Shown here: positions 8,730 through 21,138 of the stretch, piece by piece
How the letters are laid out: each line of letters begins with the position of its first letter
How positions within the stretch are numbered: position 1 is the stretch's first letter
Origin: Rhodospirillaceae bacterium
GTDB lineage: Bacteria; Pseudomonadota; Alphaproteobacteria; UBA6615
Assembly (NCBI GenBank): GCA_038117265.1
Contig: JAYOFO010000008.1
Location: 287-64,286, forward strand
Length of the DNA stretch: 64,000 bases
Direction of reading: 5' to 3'
Notes under the pieces: generated by a model
What the model saw: the letters and a program-made list of their open reading frames with translations, nothing else
What the model was told of the DNA's origin: nothing
Databases searched by the model: none
Program-made: the position numbers and the translations under genes

Positions 8730-9695
8730 CTAGCGTGGGCGTACCGGCCCGTCGGGCACGGTTTCGGTTAGTGCCGCGGGAGCGGCACGCCGGCCGCGCC
8801 CCAGCAGAACGACCCCGACGACGATCAGCACGAAGGCGATCATGTGGAAGAGTTGCAGCTCCTCGCCGAGGATCAGGATGGCCAGCACGGCGGTGATCAT
8901 CGCGCGGATGTAGTTCGACACGGTCGCCTTGTTGGCACCCAGCGCGAGCACGGTGGTGTTGGTGAAGCCGACGGCGACGATGGCGACGGCGATGCCGATC
9001 CAGGCCATGGCGGCGACCGATTCCCAGGTCACGGGCATCGGCATGTAGACCGCGCTCTCGACCAGGTAGATCGGCAGCATGACCGCGACCGAGAAGAGCT
9101 GGACCGACAGCAGGATCTCGAGCGTCGTGAAGTCGCCGGGAATCATGCGCAACAGCGAATTGTGGGTCGCGAAGCCGATCATCGCGGCGAGCATGATCAG
9201 GTCGCCGATGTTCGGCTCGAGCGTCAGCAGGACCGCGAGATCGCCGCGCATGATGATCAGGAACACGCCAAGGGTCGCGATGAAGATACCGAGCCCCTGG
9301 GTGCGGGTGATCGCCTCGCGGAACACCAGGAAGGTGATCAGCACCGTGGCCACCGGCTGGGCGGTCGAGACGAGGCCCCCGTTGATCGCGGTGGTGTAGT
9401 GATAGGCGAGATAGACAGCGGCGTTGCCGAACGGCCCCAGCGCGATCGCCAGCACCACGAAGAGCTTCCACCGCGCGACCAGGACCGCCCGCTTCTCCCA
9501 GACCGAACGTCCGACGAAGGGCAGCAGCACCACCGTCGCGATCATCAGGCGCCAGAAACCGACCCCCATGGGCGGCATCACGCCTTGCACCCAGCGCCCG
9601 AGAATGTGGTTCGAGGCGAGGATGAACGCCGCGCCCAGGATCAGGACATAGGGCCATGCGCCCTGCCGGAACCGGTGCTGGACGTCGTCGCTCAT
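8730..9695 (-). CDS. DMT superfamily (EamA-like) transporter
   Basis: ~320 aa with ~10 predicted hydrophobic helices and duplicated EamA-like halves; start chosen at MSDDVQHRF rather than the upstream extension. Confidence 0.7.
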   Translation of the reverse strand: MSDDVQHRFRQGAWPYVLILGAAFILASNHILGRWVQGVMPPMGVGFWRLMIATVVLLPFVGRSVWEKRAVLVARWKLFVVLAIALGPFGNAAVYLAYHYTTAINGGLVSTAQPVATVLITFLVFREAITRTQGLGIFIATLGVFLIIMRGDLAVLLTLEPNIGDLIMLAAMIGFATHNSLLRMIPGDFTTLEILLSVQLFSVAVMLPIYLVESAVYMPMPVTWESVAAMAWIGIAVAIVAVGFTNTTVLALGANKATVSNYIRAMITAVLAILILGEELQLFHMIAFVLIVVGVVLLGRGRRAAPAALTETVPDGPVRPR

Positions 9696-9738
9696 CGTGG
9701 TGCCGTGGCCGGCGCTCGCCGCGCCGGATTTGGTGCCG

Positions 9739-10131
9739 CTATTCCGGCTTCGCCGCGATGGTCTCCATCTCGACGACCCATTGCGGGCTGGCGAGCTGGC
9801 TGACGACCACCCAGGTCGATGCCGGCACATGGCCCGGCGCCAGGTACTTCTCGCGGTGCGCCTTGACGTGCTGCAGGCCGGTCGGATCGGTCGAATAGAC
9901 GTTCAGGCGCACGATGTGTTCCGGCCCGAACCCGGCGTCCGCCAGGACCGCCAGCGTGTTCTGCCAGATCTGATCGTGCTGTGCCTCGAAACCCTCGGGC
10001 ACGGTGCCGTCGGGGCGCGTGCCGACCTGGCCGGCGGTGATCAGCCAGCGCGCGTTCGGCGGTACCTCCACCGAGTGGCTGTAAATACCGGCGGGCGGCG
10101 CGACGGTCGACGGGTTACGCGTGACGAGCAT
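9739..10131 (-). CDS. RidA/YjgF family reactive intermediate deaminase
   Basis: 130 aa, PPAGIYSHSVEV...ITAGQVG and C-terminal VEMETIA motifs characteristic of RidA family. Confidence 0.75.
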   Translation of the reverse strand: MLVTRNPSTVAPPAGIYSHSVEVPPNARWLITAGQVGTRPDGTVPEGFEAQHDQIWQNTLAVLADAGFGPEHIVRLNVYSTDPTGLQHVKAHREKYLAPGHVPASTWVVVSQLASPQWVVEMETIAAKPE

Positions 10132-10195
10132 GTTGGTTCCTCCTCTGGTTCCGCGCGAGTGCAGATTGAACGATTGGCACGGCCTGCCCTTTCGC

Positions 10196-10912
10196 TCAGG
10201 CAAACTCGAGCAGCGTGTCCGCAAGATCCTGCGGTGCCGAGTAGAACGGCGAATGGTCGGTGTCGAGGGTGAAGACCCTGTCGCAGGGCTGCGCATCGAT
10301 CATCAGCCGTTGCATGTTGATCTTGATGGCGTTGTCGCGCAGGCACTCGATATAGGCGCGCTTCACCGCCCCGAACCGTCCGGGCGTGGTCCGTGCCGGC
10401 TGCTGGAAGATCTGCAGCGCCTGCGGAACCAGCTGCTCCTTGGCGCGCGCGACGTCCTCGTCCGAACACTCGCCATAGAAGGTCGGCTGGATGACCTCGT
10501 CGCGCATGGTCACTGAGAGCCCGTCCGCGGAAGGTATGCGGTTGGAGACCACCGTGTTGTCCCCCTCGAGCTTGGCGAGGTCGGCGCGCGACTGGCCGTT
10601 CGCCGGCATGACCGCGGTCAGGTAGACGACCCAGGCGACCTTCTCGGGCAGCCGCTCGGTCACCTGCGTGATCGTCATGCCGCCAAGGCTGTGGCCGACG
10701 AGGATTACCGGCCCGTCCTGCGCCTCGACGACCTTGCAGACATGGTCGACATAATTGTCCAGGGTCACCTGCGCCATGGGAACCCGGTTGTTACCGTGCC
10801 CCGGCAGGTCGACCGCAATCGCGGTGTGCCCGGCCGCTTCGAGCAGCGGGACGATACGCTCGTAACACCAGCCGCCATGGAATGCGCCGTGGACCAGAAT
10901 GTATGTGCTCAT
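10196..10912 (-). CDS. Alpha/beta hydrolase (esterase, MenH/SABP2-like)
   Basis: [14 protein letters not shown] start and nucleophile elbow GHSLGG; ATGA start/stop overlap with mnmA. Confidence 0.7.
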   Translation of the reverse strand: MSTYILVHGAFHGGWCYERIVPLLEAAGHTAIAVDLPGHGNNRVPMAQVTLDNYVDHVCKVVEAQDGPVILVGHSLGGMTITQVTERLPEKVAWVVYLTAVMPANGQSRADLAKLEGDNTVVSNRIPSADGLSVTMRDEVIQPTFYGECSDEDVARAKEQLVPQALQIFQQPARTTPGRFGAVKRAYIECLRDNAIKINMQRLMIDAQPCDRVFTLDTDHSPFYSAPQDLADTLLEFA

Positions 10913-12069
10913 GCTGCCTTGCCCCTCCCGGCGTCCCGGACGATCCAGCCGCCGCCGAGTACCCGTTCGCCATCATAGAACACCGCGGCCTGTCCCGGCG
11001 AGACGCCGAATTCCGGCGTCGCCAGTTCGACGGCCGCCTCACCGTCGCCCGCGGGTCGCACATGGCCGGGGACGGGCAGCATGGTCGAGCGGATGCGCAA
11101 CTGGACGTCCACGCCCGCATCCGGAATCACCCCGTCGCCCCCGAGCCAGTTGACCCCGCGCACGCGAACCGTCGCGGTGGCGAGCGCATCGCGCGGGCCC
11201 ACGACCACGCGCCGCGTCTCGGGATCGAGCCGCACGACATAGAGCGCCTCGCCCTCGTCGCCCTCATCGCGCCGCGCGCCGATGCCAAGCCCGCGCCGCT
11301 GGCCGATCGTGTAATTGAGGATGCCCGCATGACGCCCCAGCACCGTGCCGTCCAGGTGGACGATCTCGCCCGGTTCCGCCGCGCCGGGGCGCAGCCGTTC
11401 GACCAGTGCCGCGTACTTGCCGTCGGGAACGAAACAGATGTCCTGGCTGTCGGGCTTGTCGGCGATGTCGAGACCGAGGCGGCGGGCATGCTCGCGCACC
11501 GCGTCCTTGGGCATGTCTCCGAGCGGGAAGCGCAGGAATTCAAGCTGGTCGCGGGTCGTGGCGAACAGGAAATAGCTCTGGTCGCGGGCCGGATCGACGG
11601 CACGGCACAATTGCGGGCCGTCGGCACCGACCATGCGGCGGATGTAGTGGCCCGTCGCCAGCGCGTCGGCGCCCAGGTCGCGCGCCGTGGCCACCAGGTC
11701 GCGGAACTTCACCGTCTGGTTGCACGTCACGCAGGGGATCGGCGTTTCGCCGCGGACATAGGCGTCGGCGAAGGATTCGATTACGTCATCGCGGAAGCGG
11801 GATTCGTAGTCGAGAACGTAATGGGGAAAACCGATCGCGTCGGCGACCCGATGGGCGTCGTAGATGTCCTGTCCGGCGCAGCAGGTCTTGCCGCGTGCCG
11901 TGGCCGCGCCATGGTCGTAGAGCTGCAGGGTGATCCCGACCACGTCGTAGCCGGCCTCATGCAGCAGCGCGGCCGTGACCGAGCTGTCGACACCGCCCGA
12001 CATGGCGACGACGATTCGGGTTGCTGCGGGCGGCTTTTCGAAGCCCATGCTGTCCGGCGATAGCGACAT
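10909..12069 (-). CDS. mnmA: tRNA-specific 2-thiouridylase MnmA
   Basis: PP-loop [11 protein letters not shown], catalytic cysteines CVTCN, conserved GHY...DQSYFL motifs; start at MSLSPDS. Confidence 0.9.
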   Translation of the reverse strand: MSLSPDSMGFEKPPAATRIVVAMSGGVDSSVTAALLHEAGYDVVGITLQLYDHGAATARGKTCCAGQDIYDAHRVADAIGFPHYVLDYESRFRDDVIESFADAYVRGETPIPCVTCNQTVKFRDLVATARDLGADALATGHYIRRMVGADGPQLCRAVDPARDQSYFLFATTRDQLEFLRFPLGDMPKDAVREHARRLGLDIADKPDSQDICFVPDGKYAALVERLRPGAAEPGEIVHLDGTVLGRHAGILNYTIGQRRGLGIGARRDEGDEGEALYVVRLDPETRRVVVGPRDALATATVRVRGVNWLGGDGVIPDAGVDVQLRIRSTMLPVPGHVRPAGDGEAAVELATPEFGVSPGQAAVFYDGERVLGGGWIVRDAGRGKAA

Positions 12070-12214
12070 GGCGCGCAATATAGGGTCGGGCCCGCGCGAC
12101 GCAAACCGCTCACGAATGCGTATCCGGGTTGATCGCGCCCGCATGACAGCCCATCTTCATGAAAGGAACTTCAGGCAAGGGGCGAGAGCGACGGTGGGCA
12201 GGGCAGCGACAGGC

Positions 12215-12805
12215 ATGGCGAGCATCGGGCTCATCGCGCTGGCTTTCGGCGCGACGAACGCGCATGCCGATCTCCGGAGCGACGTGGCGCGCTGCGCCGC
12301 GATCGTCGACGGCGCCGCGCGTCTCGCCTGTTTCGACACGCTTGCCGGCGGGGTGGAGGCCCCGCAAAGTGCGGCGAGAGATGCGGCGATCGCGGCCCTG
12401 AGCCGCGAGTTTCGCTTCGACCGCGGGCTGATGACCGGTCCCCTATCCTTTCGGGTGGCGGTCAGCGGCAACCTGGTGCTGAGCCGCGAGACCGCGGCCG
12501 CCCGCGAGGTCGAGGATGTCGTGCGACGGATCGCAAGGACGATCGACGGCTCCAACGACTGGCGTGTCGCCGTTACGGTGCATGGCGGCAAGGCCAAACT
12601 CAGCCGCGGACACCCCTATACCGGCGAAGAGCTGCTCGCCCAGGCGCGTGCCGGCATGGCCAGCACCGGGTTGGCCGAGACGCGCTATACTGTGACGCGC
12701 GGCGCCGATGCCGAGCCCGTCCTGTGGGACGACGGCCGCGTGCGCAGCGCCAATGAACACATCGAAATCGAGATCGAGGGTTTCGGCAACGGCCTGACGC
12801 GCTAG
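12215..12805 (+). CDS. Secreted hypothetical protein with C-terminal OmpA-like domain
   Basis: Signal peptide MASIGLIALAFGATNAHA; C-terminal TGEELLAQARAGMASTGLAETRYTVTRGADAEP...RVRSANEHIEIEI resembles the peptidoglycan-binding OmpA_C fold; start uncertain (ATG 12215 or GTG 12194). Confidence 0.4.
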   Translation: MASIGLIALAFGATNAHADLRSDVARCAAIVDGAARLACFDTLAGGVEAPQSAARDAAIAALSREFRFDRGLMTGPLSFRVAVSGNLVLSRETAAAREVEDVVRRIARTIDGSNDWRVAVTVHGGKAKLSRGHPYTGEELLAQARAGMASTGLAETRYTVTRGADAEPVLWDDGRVRSANEHIEIEIEGFGNGLTR

Positions 12806-12825
12806 GCCGCCCCCTGGGCCGCCCC

Positions 12826-13506
12826 CTAGGCCGCGTCGAGCCCCATCTGCCAGAAGTCCGCCTCGAGCCGGCTCGCCTGCTCGAAGGTGCGCACGAGCGA
12901 GGCCTCGCGGGCACGTCCGGCGCGCGCCTCCCACAGCCGGTCGAGGGTCGCGGCATGGGCGGCCGCGACGCCCTGGTATTCGGCGCCGGCATACATCTCG
13001 ACCCAGGGTCGATAGGGGTTGGCCGGGTCCGTCGCCCCCGGATCGGCGCCTAAGCGTGCGCCGATCTCGCCATAGCCGATGACGCACGGCGCCAGCGCGG
13101 CATAGAGATCGAGTAGATCGCCCTGCGCGCCCTTCTCCAGCACATAGCGCGTGTAGGCCATGGTGGCGGAATCCTCGGGCAGCGCCTCCATCGCAGCCTC
13201 GTCGAGCCCCCATGCGGCGCAGAACGCCACATGCAGCCCCATCTCGGTGTCGACGATCGCCGACATGCCCGCCGCGGCATCGCGGATATCGGCCAAAGTA
13301 TCGGCCTTGAAGGCGGCTAGCGCATAGGCGCGCGCGAAGTGGATCAGGAACAGGTAGTCCTGGCCCAGATAATGGCGAAACGCCGCCTGGGGCAGGCTGC
13401 CATCGGCGAGCCGGCGCACGAATTCGTGGTCGACATAGGCTCCCCAGGCAGGCCGTGACGCGTCGCGCAGGCGCGCGAACAGCTCATGCGCGTCGAGATA
13501 CGGCAT
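12826..13506 (-). CDS. TenA/THI-4 family protein (thiaminase II-like aminopyrimidine aminohydrolase)
   Basis: AFRHYLGQDYLFLIHFARAYALAAFK and active-site cysteine context LAPCVIGYGEIG typical of TenA_C; ATG overlaps the fdx stop (TAATG). Confidence 0.7.
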   Translation of the reverse strand: MPYLDAHELFARLRDASRPAWGAYVDHEFVRRLADGSLPQAAFRHYLGQDYLFLIHFARAYALAAFKADTLADIRDAAAGMSAIVDTEMGLHVAFCAAWGLDEAAMEALPEDSATMAYTRYVLEKGAQGDLLDLYAALAPCVIGYGEIGARLGADPGATDPANPYRPWVEMYAGAEYQGVAAAHAATLDRLWEARAGRAREASLVRTFEQASRLEADFWQMGLDAA

Positions 13507-13838
13507 TAGCCAAGCATCAGGTTTCGGGTCGCGGACGGCAGGTGGACGACGAGCCCGTCCAGCGCCGGGGTGATCACGATCTGGCAGCCGAGCCGCGAGG
13601 TCGGCCGCAGGCCCGGCGCAAGATCGAGCATGTCCTCCTCGTCTTCCGAAGGCTCGTCCAGCCGTTCGTACCACGCCGGATCGACGATCACATGACATGT
13701 CGAGCATGCCATCGCGCCCTCGCACGCCCCCTCGATATCGAGCCCGTTGTCCCAGGCGATCTGCAGCAAGGAATGGCCCAGCGGCGCGTCGACCTCGCGC
13801 CGCGCGCCGTCGGCGTCGATGAAGGTCATCCTGGGCAT
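13506..13838 (-). CDS. fdx: 2Fe-2S ferredoxin, adrenodoxin/putidaredoxin type
   Basis: 110 aa, cysteine ligands in GACEGAMACSTCHV and LGCQ. Confidence 0.8.
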   Translation of the reverse strand: MPRMTFIDADGARREVDAPLGHSLLQIAWDNGLDIEGACEGAMACSTCHVIVDPAWYERLDEPSEDEEDMLDLAPGLRPTSRLGCQIVITPALDGLVVHLPSATRNLMLG

Positions 13839-13866
13839 GTTGCGTATCGCGCCGGCCGAGACAGGT

Positions 13867-14202
13867 CTAGACGTGGAAGGACTCGCCGCAGCCGCAGGTG
13901 CCCTTGGCGTTTGGGTTGTCGAAGACGAAGCCGGATTCGAACTTGCCCTCGCGATAGTCCATCGTCGCGCCGATCAGGAACATGGTCGCTGCGGGATCGA
14001 CGAAGACCCGCACGCCCTTGTCCTCGATCACCTCCTCGAACTGCCGGGCCTCCTCCGCATATTCGACGACATAGGACAGCCCCGAACAGCCGCGGGTCGA
14101 CAGTCCGACGCGCAGGCCCACGACGCCTTCGTCGGCTCGCGACATGATATCCTTCACCCGCGCGGCGGCGGCATCGGTCAGTTTGATGATCGGTTCGGCC
14201 AT
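13867..14202 (-). CDS. Iron-sulfur cluster insertion protein (IscA/SufA/ErpA, HesB family)
   Basis: RGCSG and C-terminal GTCGCGESF cysteine motifs; RBS GAGGTG upstream of ATG. Confidence 0.8.
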   Translation of the reverse strand: MAEPIIKLTDAAAARVKDIMSRADEGVVGLRVGLSTRGCSGLSYVVEYAEEARQFEEVIEDKGVRVFVDPAATMFLIGATMDYREGKFESGFVFDNPNAKGTCGCGESFHV

Positions 14203-14229
14203 CTGCATCACCTCTACGATCTATCTAGG

Positions 14230-14640
14230 TCAATCTATGCCCAAGGCCAGCTTGGCGTCGTCCGACATCATGTCGGTGGACCAGGGCGGGTCCCAGATCA
14301 GGTTCACCTCGACCTCGCCGACCCCTTCGACCTCCGCTGCCGCGTTGGCCACCCAATAGGGCAACTCGCCGGCAACCGGGCAGGCCGGTGCGGTGAGGCT
14401 CATATTGATGCGGACCGAACCGTCGGAGAGCATCTCGATCTCGTAGACCAATCCCAACTCGTAGATGTTCACCGGAATTTCCGGATCGTAGACCGTGCGC
14501 AGCGCGTCGATCACCGCGTCGCGCGCGGCCGGTTGCGTGCCTTCGGGCAGCGGTGCGCCGGCACGTGCCGTCATCTCCTCGCCTTCCGGCTGCGGGGCAA
14601 ACATCCCGTGCGGGCTTCCCATTCCATACTCGAACGACAT
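14230..14640 (-). CDS. sufT: SUF system Fe-S assembly protein SufT (DUF59/MIP18 family)
   Basis: DUF59 signature VYDPEIPVNIYELGLVY...LTAPACP; start MSFEYG 12 nt after sufU stop. Confidence 0.7.
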   Translation of the reverse strand: MSFEYGMGSPHGMFAPQPEGEEMTARAGAPLPEGTQPAARDAVIDALRTVYDPEIPVNIYELGLVYEIEMLSDGSVRINMSLTAPACPVAGELPYWVANAAAEVEGVGEVEVNLIWDPPWSTDMMSDDAKLALGID

Positions 14641-14651
14641 ATCGGTCTGTC

Positions 14652-15107
14652 CTATTCCGTCGAAATCTCTGCTTCGCCCTCGAGCGCGGCCACCATGGTG
14701 TGCCAGGGCAGGGTCGCGCACTTCACGCGGGTCGGGAAATCGCGCACGCCCGAAAGCACGCGCAGCTTCTCTAAATCTTCCTGGAGTTCGGGCGCATTCT
14801 CATCGCCCGTGCACATGCCGTGGAAGGCGTCGAACATCGCCTGCGCCTGGGCGGGCGTGCGTCCCTTGAGCAGCTCGGTCATCATGGAGGCCGAGGCCAT
14901 CGAAATGGCACAGCCCTTCCCCAGGAATGACGCATCCACGATTTTCCCGTCGGCACCGAGCGTCAGGTAGATGACGAGCTGATCGCCGCACAGCGGATTG
15001 TTGCCCCGCGCCTCGTTGGTCGCATCGTCGCAGGCGTGGAAGTTCCGCGGGTGCTTCCCGTGGTCCAAGATCACCTCCTGGTAGAGTTCGCGCAATTCGT
15101 CACTCAT
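14652..15107 (-). CDS. sufU: SUF system zinc-dependent sulfurtransferase SufU (IscU-like)
   Basis: Three conserved ligand motifs NPLCGD, GKGCAISMASASMM, KCATLPWH and DHGKHPRNF match SufU rather than SufE. Confidence 0.7.
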   Translation of the reverse strand: MSDELRELYQEVILDHGKHPRNFHACDDATNEARGNNPLCGDQLVIYLTLGADGKIVDASFLGKGCAISMASASMMTELLKGRTPAQAQAMFDAFHGMCTGDENAPELQEDLEKLRVLSGVRDFPTRVKCATLPWHTMVAALEGEAEISTE

Positions 15108-16357
15108 CAGCCGAACAACTCCTGAACCTCACCCAACGCACCGACCAACGCATCGATGTCGGCGCGCATGTTGTACATCCCGATCGAGGCGCGCACCGTC
15201 GCGGGCACGTCCATCCGGTCCATTAGCGGCTTGGCGCAGTGGTGGCCCGCACGCACCGCCACACCGGCGCGGTCGATGATGGTTGCGATGTCGTGCGGAT
15301 GCGCATAGTTGAGCACAAATGACACGACGCTCGCCTTGTCCGGCGCTGTCCCGATGATCCGCAGCCCCTCGACGCTGGCGAGCTGCTGGGTCGCATAGTT
15401 CAGCAGGTCGGCCTCGTGGACGCCGATCGCCGAAAGTCCGACCGAATTCACATAGTCGATGGCCGCGCCGAGCCCGATCGCCTGGGCAATCGCCGGCGTG
15501 CCCGCCTCGAACTTGTGGGGCAGCCGGGCCCAGGTCGATTTCTCGAAGGTCACCGACGAGATCATGTCGCCGCCGCCCATGAAGGGCGGCATGGCGTCGA
15601 GCAGTTCCTCGCGGCCGTACAGCACGCCGATGCCGCTGGGGCCGTAGAGCTTGTGGCCCGAGAAGACATAGAAATCGCAACCCAGCGCCTGCATGTCGAC
15701 CGGGATATGGGTGACCGCCTGGCAGCCGTCGAGCAGCACCTTGGCACCCGCCGCATGCGCCTTGCGCGTGATCTCGGCCACGGGGAGCACGGTGCCCAGC
15801 ACGTTGGACATATGGGCCATGGCCACGAGCTTCGTGCGCTCGCCCAGCATCTCGTCGAAGGCGGACACCATCAACTCGCCGTCGTCGCTGACCGGCACGA
15901 CCTTCAGGACGATCCCCTTCTCGTCACGCAGCATTTGCCACGGAACGATGTTCGAATGGTGCTCGAGCCCGCTGATGAGAACCTCGTCGCCTTCCGACAG
16001 GAAGTGCCGGCCGAAGGTGTAGGCGACCAGGTTGATCGATTCCGTCGCATTGCGCGTGAAGACGATCTCGTGGGCGTGTGCGGCGTTGATGTAGGCGCGG
16101 ATCGTCTCGCGCGTGCCCTCATAGCGAGCCGTCACGGCCTCGCTGATCGCATAGAGCCCGCGATGGACGTTGGCATACTCGCGCTCGTAGACATCGCGCA
16201 CGGCATCGATGACCTGGCGCGGCTTCTGGGCCGACGCGGCGCTGTCGAGGAACACCAGCGGCTTGCCGTGCATGGTCGTCGACAGGATCGGGAAATCCCG
16301 GCGCACGGCCGCGACGTCGAAGGCGGGGTTCACGGCGACGGATTCGGTCGACGTCAT
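15107..16357 (-). CDS. sufS: Cysteine desulfurase SufS (group II)
   Basis: PLP lysine context SGHKLYGPSG, active-site Cys loop RAGHHCAKP; ATGA overlap with sufD. Confidence 0.9.
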   Translation of the reverse strand: MTSTESVAVNPAFDVAAVRRDFPILSTTMHGKPLVFLDSAASAQKPRQVIDAVRDVYEREYANVHRGLYAISEAVTARYEGTRETIRAYINAAHAHEIVFTRNATESINLVAYTFGRHFLSEGDEVLISGLEHHSNIVPWQMLRDEKGIVLKVVPVSDDGELMVSAFDEMLGERTKLVAMAHMSNVLGTVLPVAEITRKAHAAGAKVLLDGCQAVTHIPVDMQALGCDFYVFSGHKLYGPSGIGVLYGREELLDAMPPFMGGGDMISSVTFEKSTWARLPHKFEAGTPAIAQAIGLGAAIDYVNSVGLSAIGVHEADLLNYATQQLASVEGLRIIGTAPDKASVVSFVLNYAHPHDIATIIDRAGVAVRAGHHCAKPLMDRMDVPATVRASIGMYNMRADIDALVGALGEVQELFG

Positions 16358-17685
16358 TGCGCATCTCCGTCGGCAACGTTGGCGGCGAGCCAATCCCGGA
16401 TACGTCCGGCATAGTGTTCGGCGACGGTTTCACCCGCGACCTCCTCGAGCGCCTCGGAGAGGAACGCCTCGATCAGCATGCGCCGCGCCACGGCGGCGGG
16501 GATGCCGCGGCTGAGCAGATAGAACATCGCCGTCTCGTCCAGCTCGCCGGCGGTCGCGCCGTGGCTGCACTTGACGTCATCGGCATAGATCTCGAGCTCG
16601 GGCCGGGCATCGATCTCGGCATCGCGCGACAGCAGCAGCGCCCGGCTCAGCTGATGGCCGTCGGTCTTCTGGGCGTCCTGCACGACGAGCACCTTGCCCT
16701 GGAAGACGCCCCGTGCGAATCCGTCGAGCACGCCCTTGTAGACCTGGCGCGACCGGCATTCCGGTGCGGCATGCTCGACATAAGTCGTGTTGTCGATCAC
16801 CTGCTCGCCCGCGCCCAGATAGATTCCGTCGAGCCGGCACTCGGCGTCGGGACCGCCGAGAACGGCGCGAATCTCGCTGCGCCCGATTCGCGCGCCGCGC
16901 TGCAGGACGAAGCTGTCGTATGTCGATGCCGCGCCAAGCGCCACCGACGTTCCCGACAGGAAGACGCGTGCGGTGTCCTCGCCCTGTTCGCTGAAGTGAT
17001 GCAGGCGCGCGCCCGCGCCCAGTTCGATCTCGGTGGCCGCATTGGTGAAGCCGCCGCCGCCCGCCGTCGCGACATGCGTCTCGACCAAAGTTGCCGTTGC
17101 GCCGTCGCCCAAAACGACCAGGTGCCGCGGCTGGATCATCGCCGGCGCGGCACCACCCGTCGTCAGCGACACAAGATGGACCGGCCGGTCGAGCGCAATG
17201 CCCGGCCCGAGCCGCAGAAAAAGACCATCGCCCAGGAACGCGGTGTTCAGCGCCACCATCGGCATCGCCGCAAGGTCCGCCACCCTGCCGAGCGTCGGCT
17301 CGGCCTTGTGCGGTTCGTGGGCGAGTGTCTCCGCCAGGCTCGCGATCTCCACACCGCTCGGCAGGCCATCGAGCCCCGAGAGTGACGGGGCGAAGCGCCC
17401 GTCAACGAGGATGAAGCGCCAGGCCGCGATCGCCGGCACGGCATCCGGCAGCGCCGCCGGAACCGATCCGGCCGCCGCGAGCGGGAACCCGCCCTCGGCC
17501 AGCGCGTTGAGCGTGGTGTAGCGCCAGTACTCGTCCTGCCTTCGCGGCAGGCCGTGGGCACCATAGGCATCGGCGCCGGTGCGTCGCAGCGCATCGACCC
17601 AGCCCGTGCCCGCTCCCGCGAACGCGGCCGCGCCGTCGCGCGCGGCGTCGAGGAAAGGCGTCAGGTTCGTGCTGCCGTCGGGCAC
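16354..17685 (-). CDS. sufD: Fe-S cluster assembly protein SufD
   Basis: SufB/D family C-terminal beta-helix region; start assigned to GTG preceded by GGGAGG directly after the sufC stop. Confidence 0.85.
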   Translation of the reverse strand: MPDGSTNLTPFLDAARDGAAAFAGAGTGWVDALRRTGADAYGAHGLPRRQDEYWRYTTLNALAEGGFPLAAAGSVPAALPDAVPAIAAWRFILVDGRFAPSLSGLDGLPSGVEIASLAETLAHEPHKAEPTLGRVADLAAMPMVALNTAFLGDGLFLRLGPGIALDRPVHLVSLTTGGAAPAMIQPRHLVVLGDGATATLVETHVATAGGGGFTNAATEIELGAGARLHHFSEQGEDTARVFLSGTSVALGAASTYDSFVLQRGARIGRSEIRAVLGGPDAECRLDGIYLGAGEQVIDNTTYVEHAAPECRSRQVYKGVLDGFARGVFQGKVLVVQDAQKTDGHQLSRALLLSRDAEIDARPELEIYADDVKCSHGATAGELDETAMFYLLSRGIPAAVARRMLIEAFLSEALEEVAGETVAEHYAGRIRDWLAANVADGDAQ

Positions 17686-17695
17686 CCGCGCCTCC

Positions 17696-18451
17696 CTAGG
17701 CCGCCTGCTCGAGGAATTCGGCATAGCCCTTTTCCTCGAGCTCGAGCGCCAGTTCCTTGCCGCCGGACTTCACGATCCGGCCGTTTGCCAGCACGTGGAC
17801 GTGGTCGGGGACGATGTAGTCGAGCAGCCTCTGGTAATGGGTGATGACGAGCATGCCACGTTCGGGCGAACGCATCGCATTGACGCCGTCGGCGACCAGC
17901 TTGAGCGCGTCGATATCGAGCCCGGAATCCGTTTCGTCGAGGATCGCGAAGCGCGGCTCCAGCGCCGCCATCTGCAGGATTTCCATGCGTTTCTTCTCGC
18001 CGCCCGAGAACCCGGTATTGACCGAGCGCTTGAGCATGTCGTCCGAGATGTTGAGGTCGCCCGTGCGTTCGCGGATGTACTTCACGAAATCCATCGGATC
18101 GAGCGGCGTCTCGCCGCGATGCCCGCGCACCGCGTTCACCGCCGTGCGCAGGAAGTTCATGTTCGTCACGCCCGGAATCTCGACCGGATACTGGAACGCC
18201 AGGAACACGCCCTCGCGCGCGCGCTCGTCGGGTGCCATGTCGAGCAGATCCTTGCCGTCGAAGAGCACCTCGCCGCCGGTGACCTCATAGCCCTCGCGAC
18301 CGGTCAGCACATAGGAGAGCGTGCTCTTGCCCGAGCCGTTCGGCCCCATGATCGCGTGCACCTCGCCGGCGCCGATCGTCAGATCGAGCCCATTGATGAT
18401 CGGCTTTTCATCTACCGTCGCGTGAAGATCGCGGATTTCCAACAATGCCAT
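17696..18451 (-). CDS. sufC: Fe-S cluster assembly ATPase SufC
   Basis: Walker A GPNGSGKST, ABC signature FSGGEKKR, 251 aa. Confidence 0.9.
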   Translation of the reverse strand: MALLEIRDLHATVDEKPIINGLDLTIGAGEVHAIMGPNGSGKSTLSYVLTGREGYEVTGGEVLFDGKDLLDMAPDERAREGVFLAFQYPVEIPGVTNMNFLRTAVNAVRGHRGETPLDPMDFVKYIRERTGDLNISDDMLKRSVNTGFSGGEKKRMEILQMAALEPRFAILDETDSGLDIDALKLVADGVNAMRSPERGMLVITHYQRLLDYIVPDHVHVLANGRIVKSGGKELALELEEKGYAEFLEQAA

Positions 18452-18467
18452 TTCGATACGTCCTCGT

Positions 18468-19937
<1,470 letters not shown>

Positions 19938-19953
19938 AACGTCCCTCGTGCTC

Positions 19954-21138
19954 CTATTCCGCGGCGCGGGCCGATCCGCCCGCACGCTGTGCATTTACCG
20001 CCGCCGAGATCATCTCCGCCGCTGTCGCAATCTCTTCGCGTGTCGTGAACCGCCCGAGGCCGATGCGGATCGACGCGCCCGCGCGTTCGTCGTCGAGCCC
20101 AAGCGCGCGCAACACGTAGGATGGCTCGACCAATGCCGACGTGCACGCCGAGCCCGTCGAGACGGCCACCTCGGGCATGTCGGCCATCAACGCCTCTGCG
20201 TCGATTCCCGGGAATCCCACATTCAGGTTGCCCGGCACGCGCAACTCGCCATGTCCGTTCAGAAACAGGTCGGGCTGCGCCGCGCGCAGGCGCTCGAGAA
20301 GGTCGGTGCGCAGGACCAGCAGGCGAGCGCCCTCGCGGTCCGTCTCCGCATGCGCAATCGCGCACGCCTCGCCCAGCGCCACCACCAGCGGCACCGCGAG
20401 CGTCCCGGAACGCAGGCCCCGCTCCTGCCCGCCGCCGCTGATTTCCGCCAGCAGGCGCGCCCGCGGCCGGCGACGCACATAGAGCGCACCCACGCCCTTG
20501 GGGGCGTAGAGCTTGTGGCCCGATATGCTGAGCAGGTCGACCTGCATCGCCTCGACGTCGAGCGCAATCTTTCCTGCGGCCTGGGCCGCATCGGTGTGGA
20601 ACAGCACACCGCGCGCGCGGCACAGCGCGCCGATTTCGGCCAGCGGCTGGACGACGCCGATCTCGTTGTTCACCGCCATGACGGAGACGAGCACGGTGTC
20701 GTCATCGATCGCGTCGGCAAGCGCGGGCACGTCGACCAGCCCGTCGGGGCCGACACCGACAACAGAGACCCGTGCGCCCTCCTCCGCCAATGCGGCGCAG
20801 GCCTCCAGGACGCATTTGTGCTCGGTCGCAACCGTGACGATGTGGCGGCCGCGCCCATATCGCAGCGCAAAGCGGACCGCCCCCTTGATGGCGAGGTTGT
20901 TCGATTCCGTGGCGCCCGACGTGAAGACGATCTCGCGCGCCTGTGCCCCGATCAGCGCGGCCACCCGCTCGCGCGCCGCTTCGGTCGCGTCGGCAGCCTG
21001 CTGTCCCCAAGCATGCTGGGTCGAGTGGGCGTTGCCGAAGGTCTCGCTGAACCAGGGCAGCATCGCGTCGAGCACGCGCGGGTCGACCGGCGTCGTCGCC
21101 TGATGATCGAGGTAGATCGCGGTGGGTGCGCCGGTCAT
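19954..21138 (-). CDS. Cysteine desulfurase, NifS/IscS-like (class V aminotransferase) paralog 1
   Basis: [10 protein letters not shown] start, PLP lysine [10 protein letters not shown], active-site loop SACTS. Confidence 0.8.
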   Translation of the reverse strand: MTGAPTAIYLDHQATTPVDPRVLDAMLPWFSETFGNAHSTQHAWGQQAADATEAARERVAALIGAQAREIVFTSGATESNNLAIKGAVRFALRYGRGRHIVTVATEHKCVLEACAALAEEGARVSVVGVGPDGLVDVPALADAIDDDTVLVSVMAVNNEIGVVQPLAEIGALCRARGVLFHTDAAQAAGKIALDVEAMQVDLLSISGHKLYAPKGVGALYVRRRPRARLLAEISGGGQERGLRSGTLAVPLVVALGEACAIAHAETDREGARLLVLRTDLLERLRAAQPDLFLNGHGELRVPGNLNVGFPGIDAEALMADMPEVAVSTGSACTSALVEPSYVLRALGLDDERAGASIRIGLGRFTTREEIATAAEMISAAVNAQRAGGSARAAE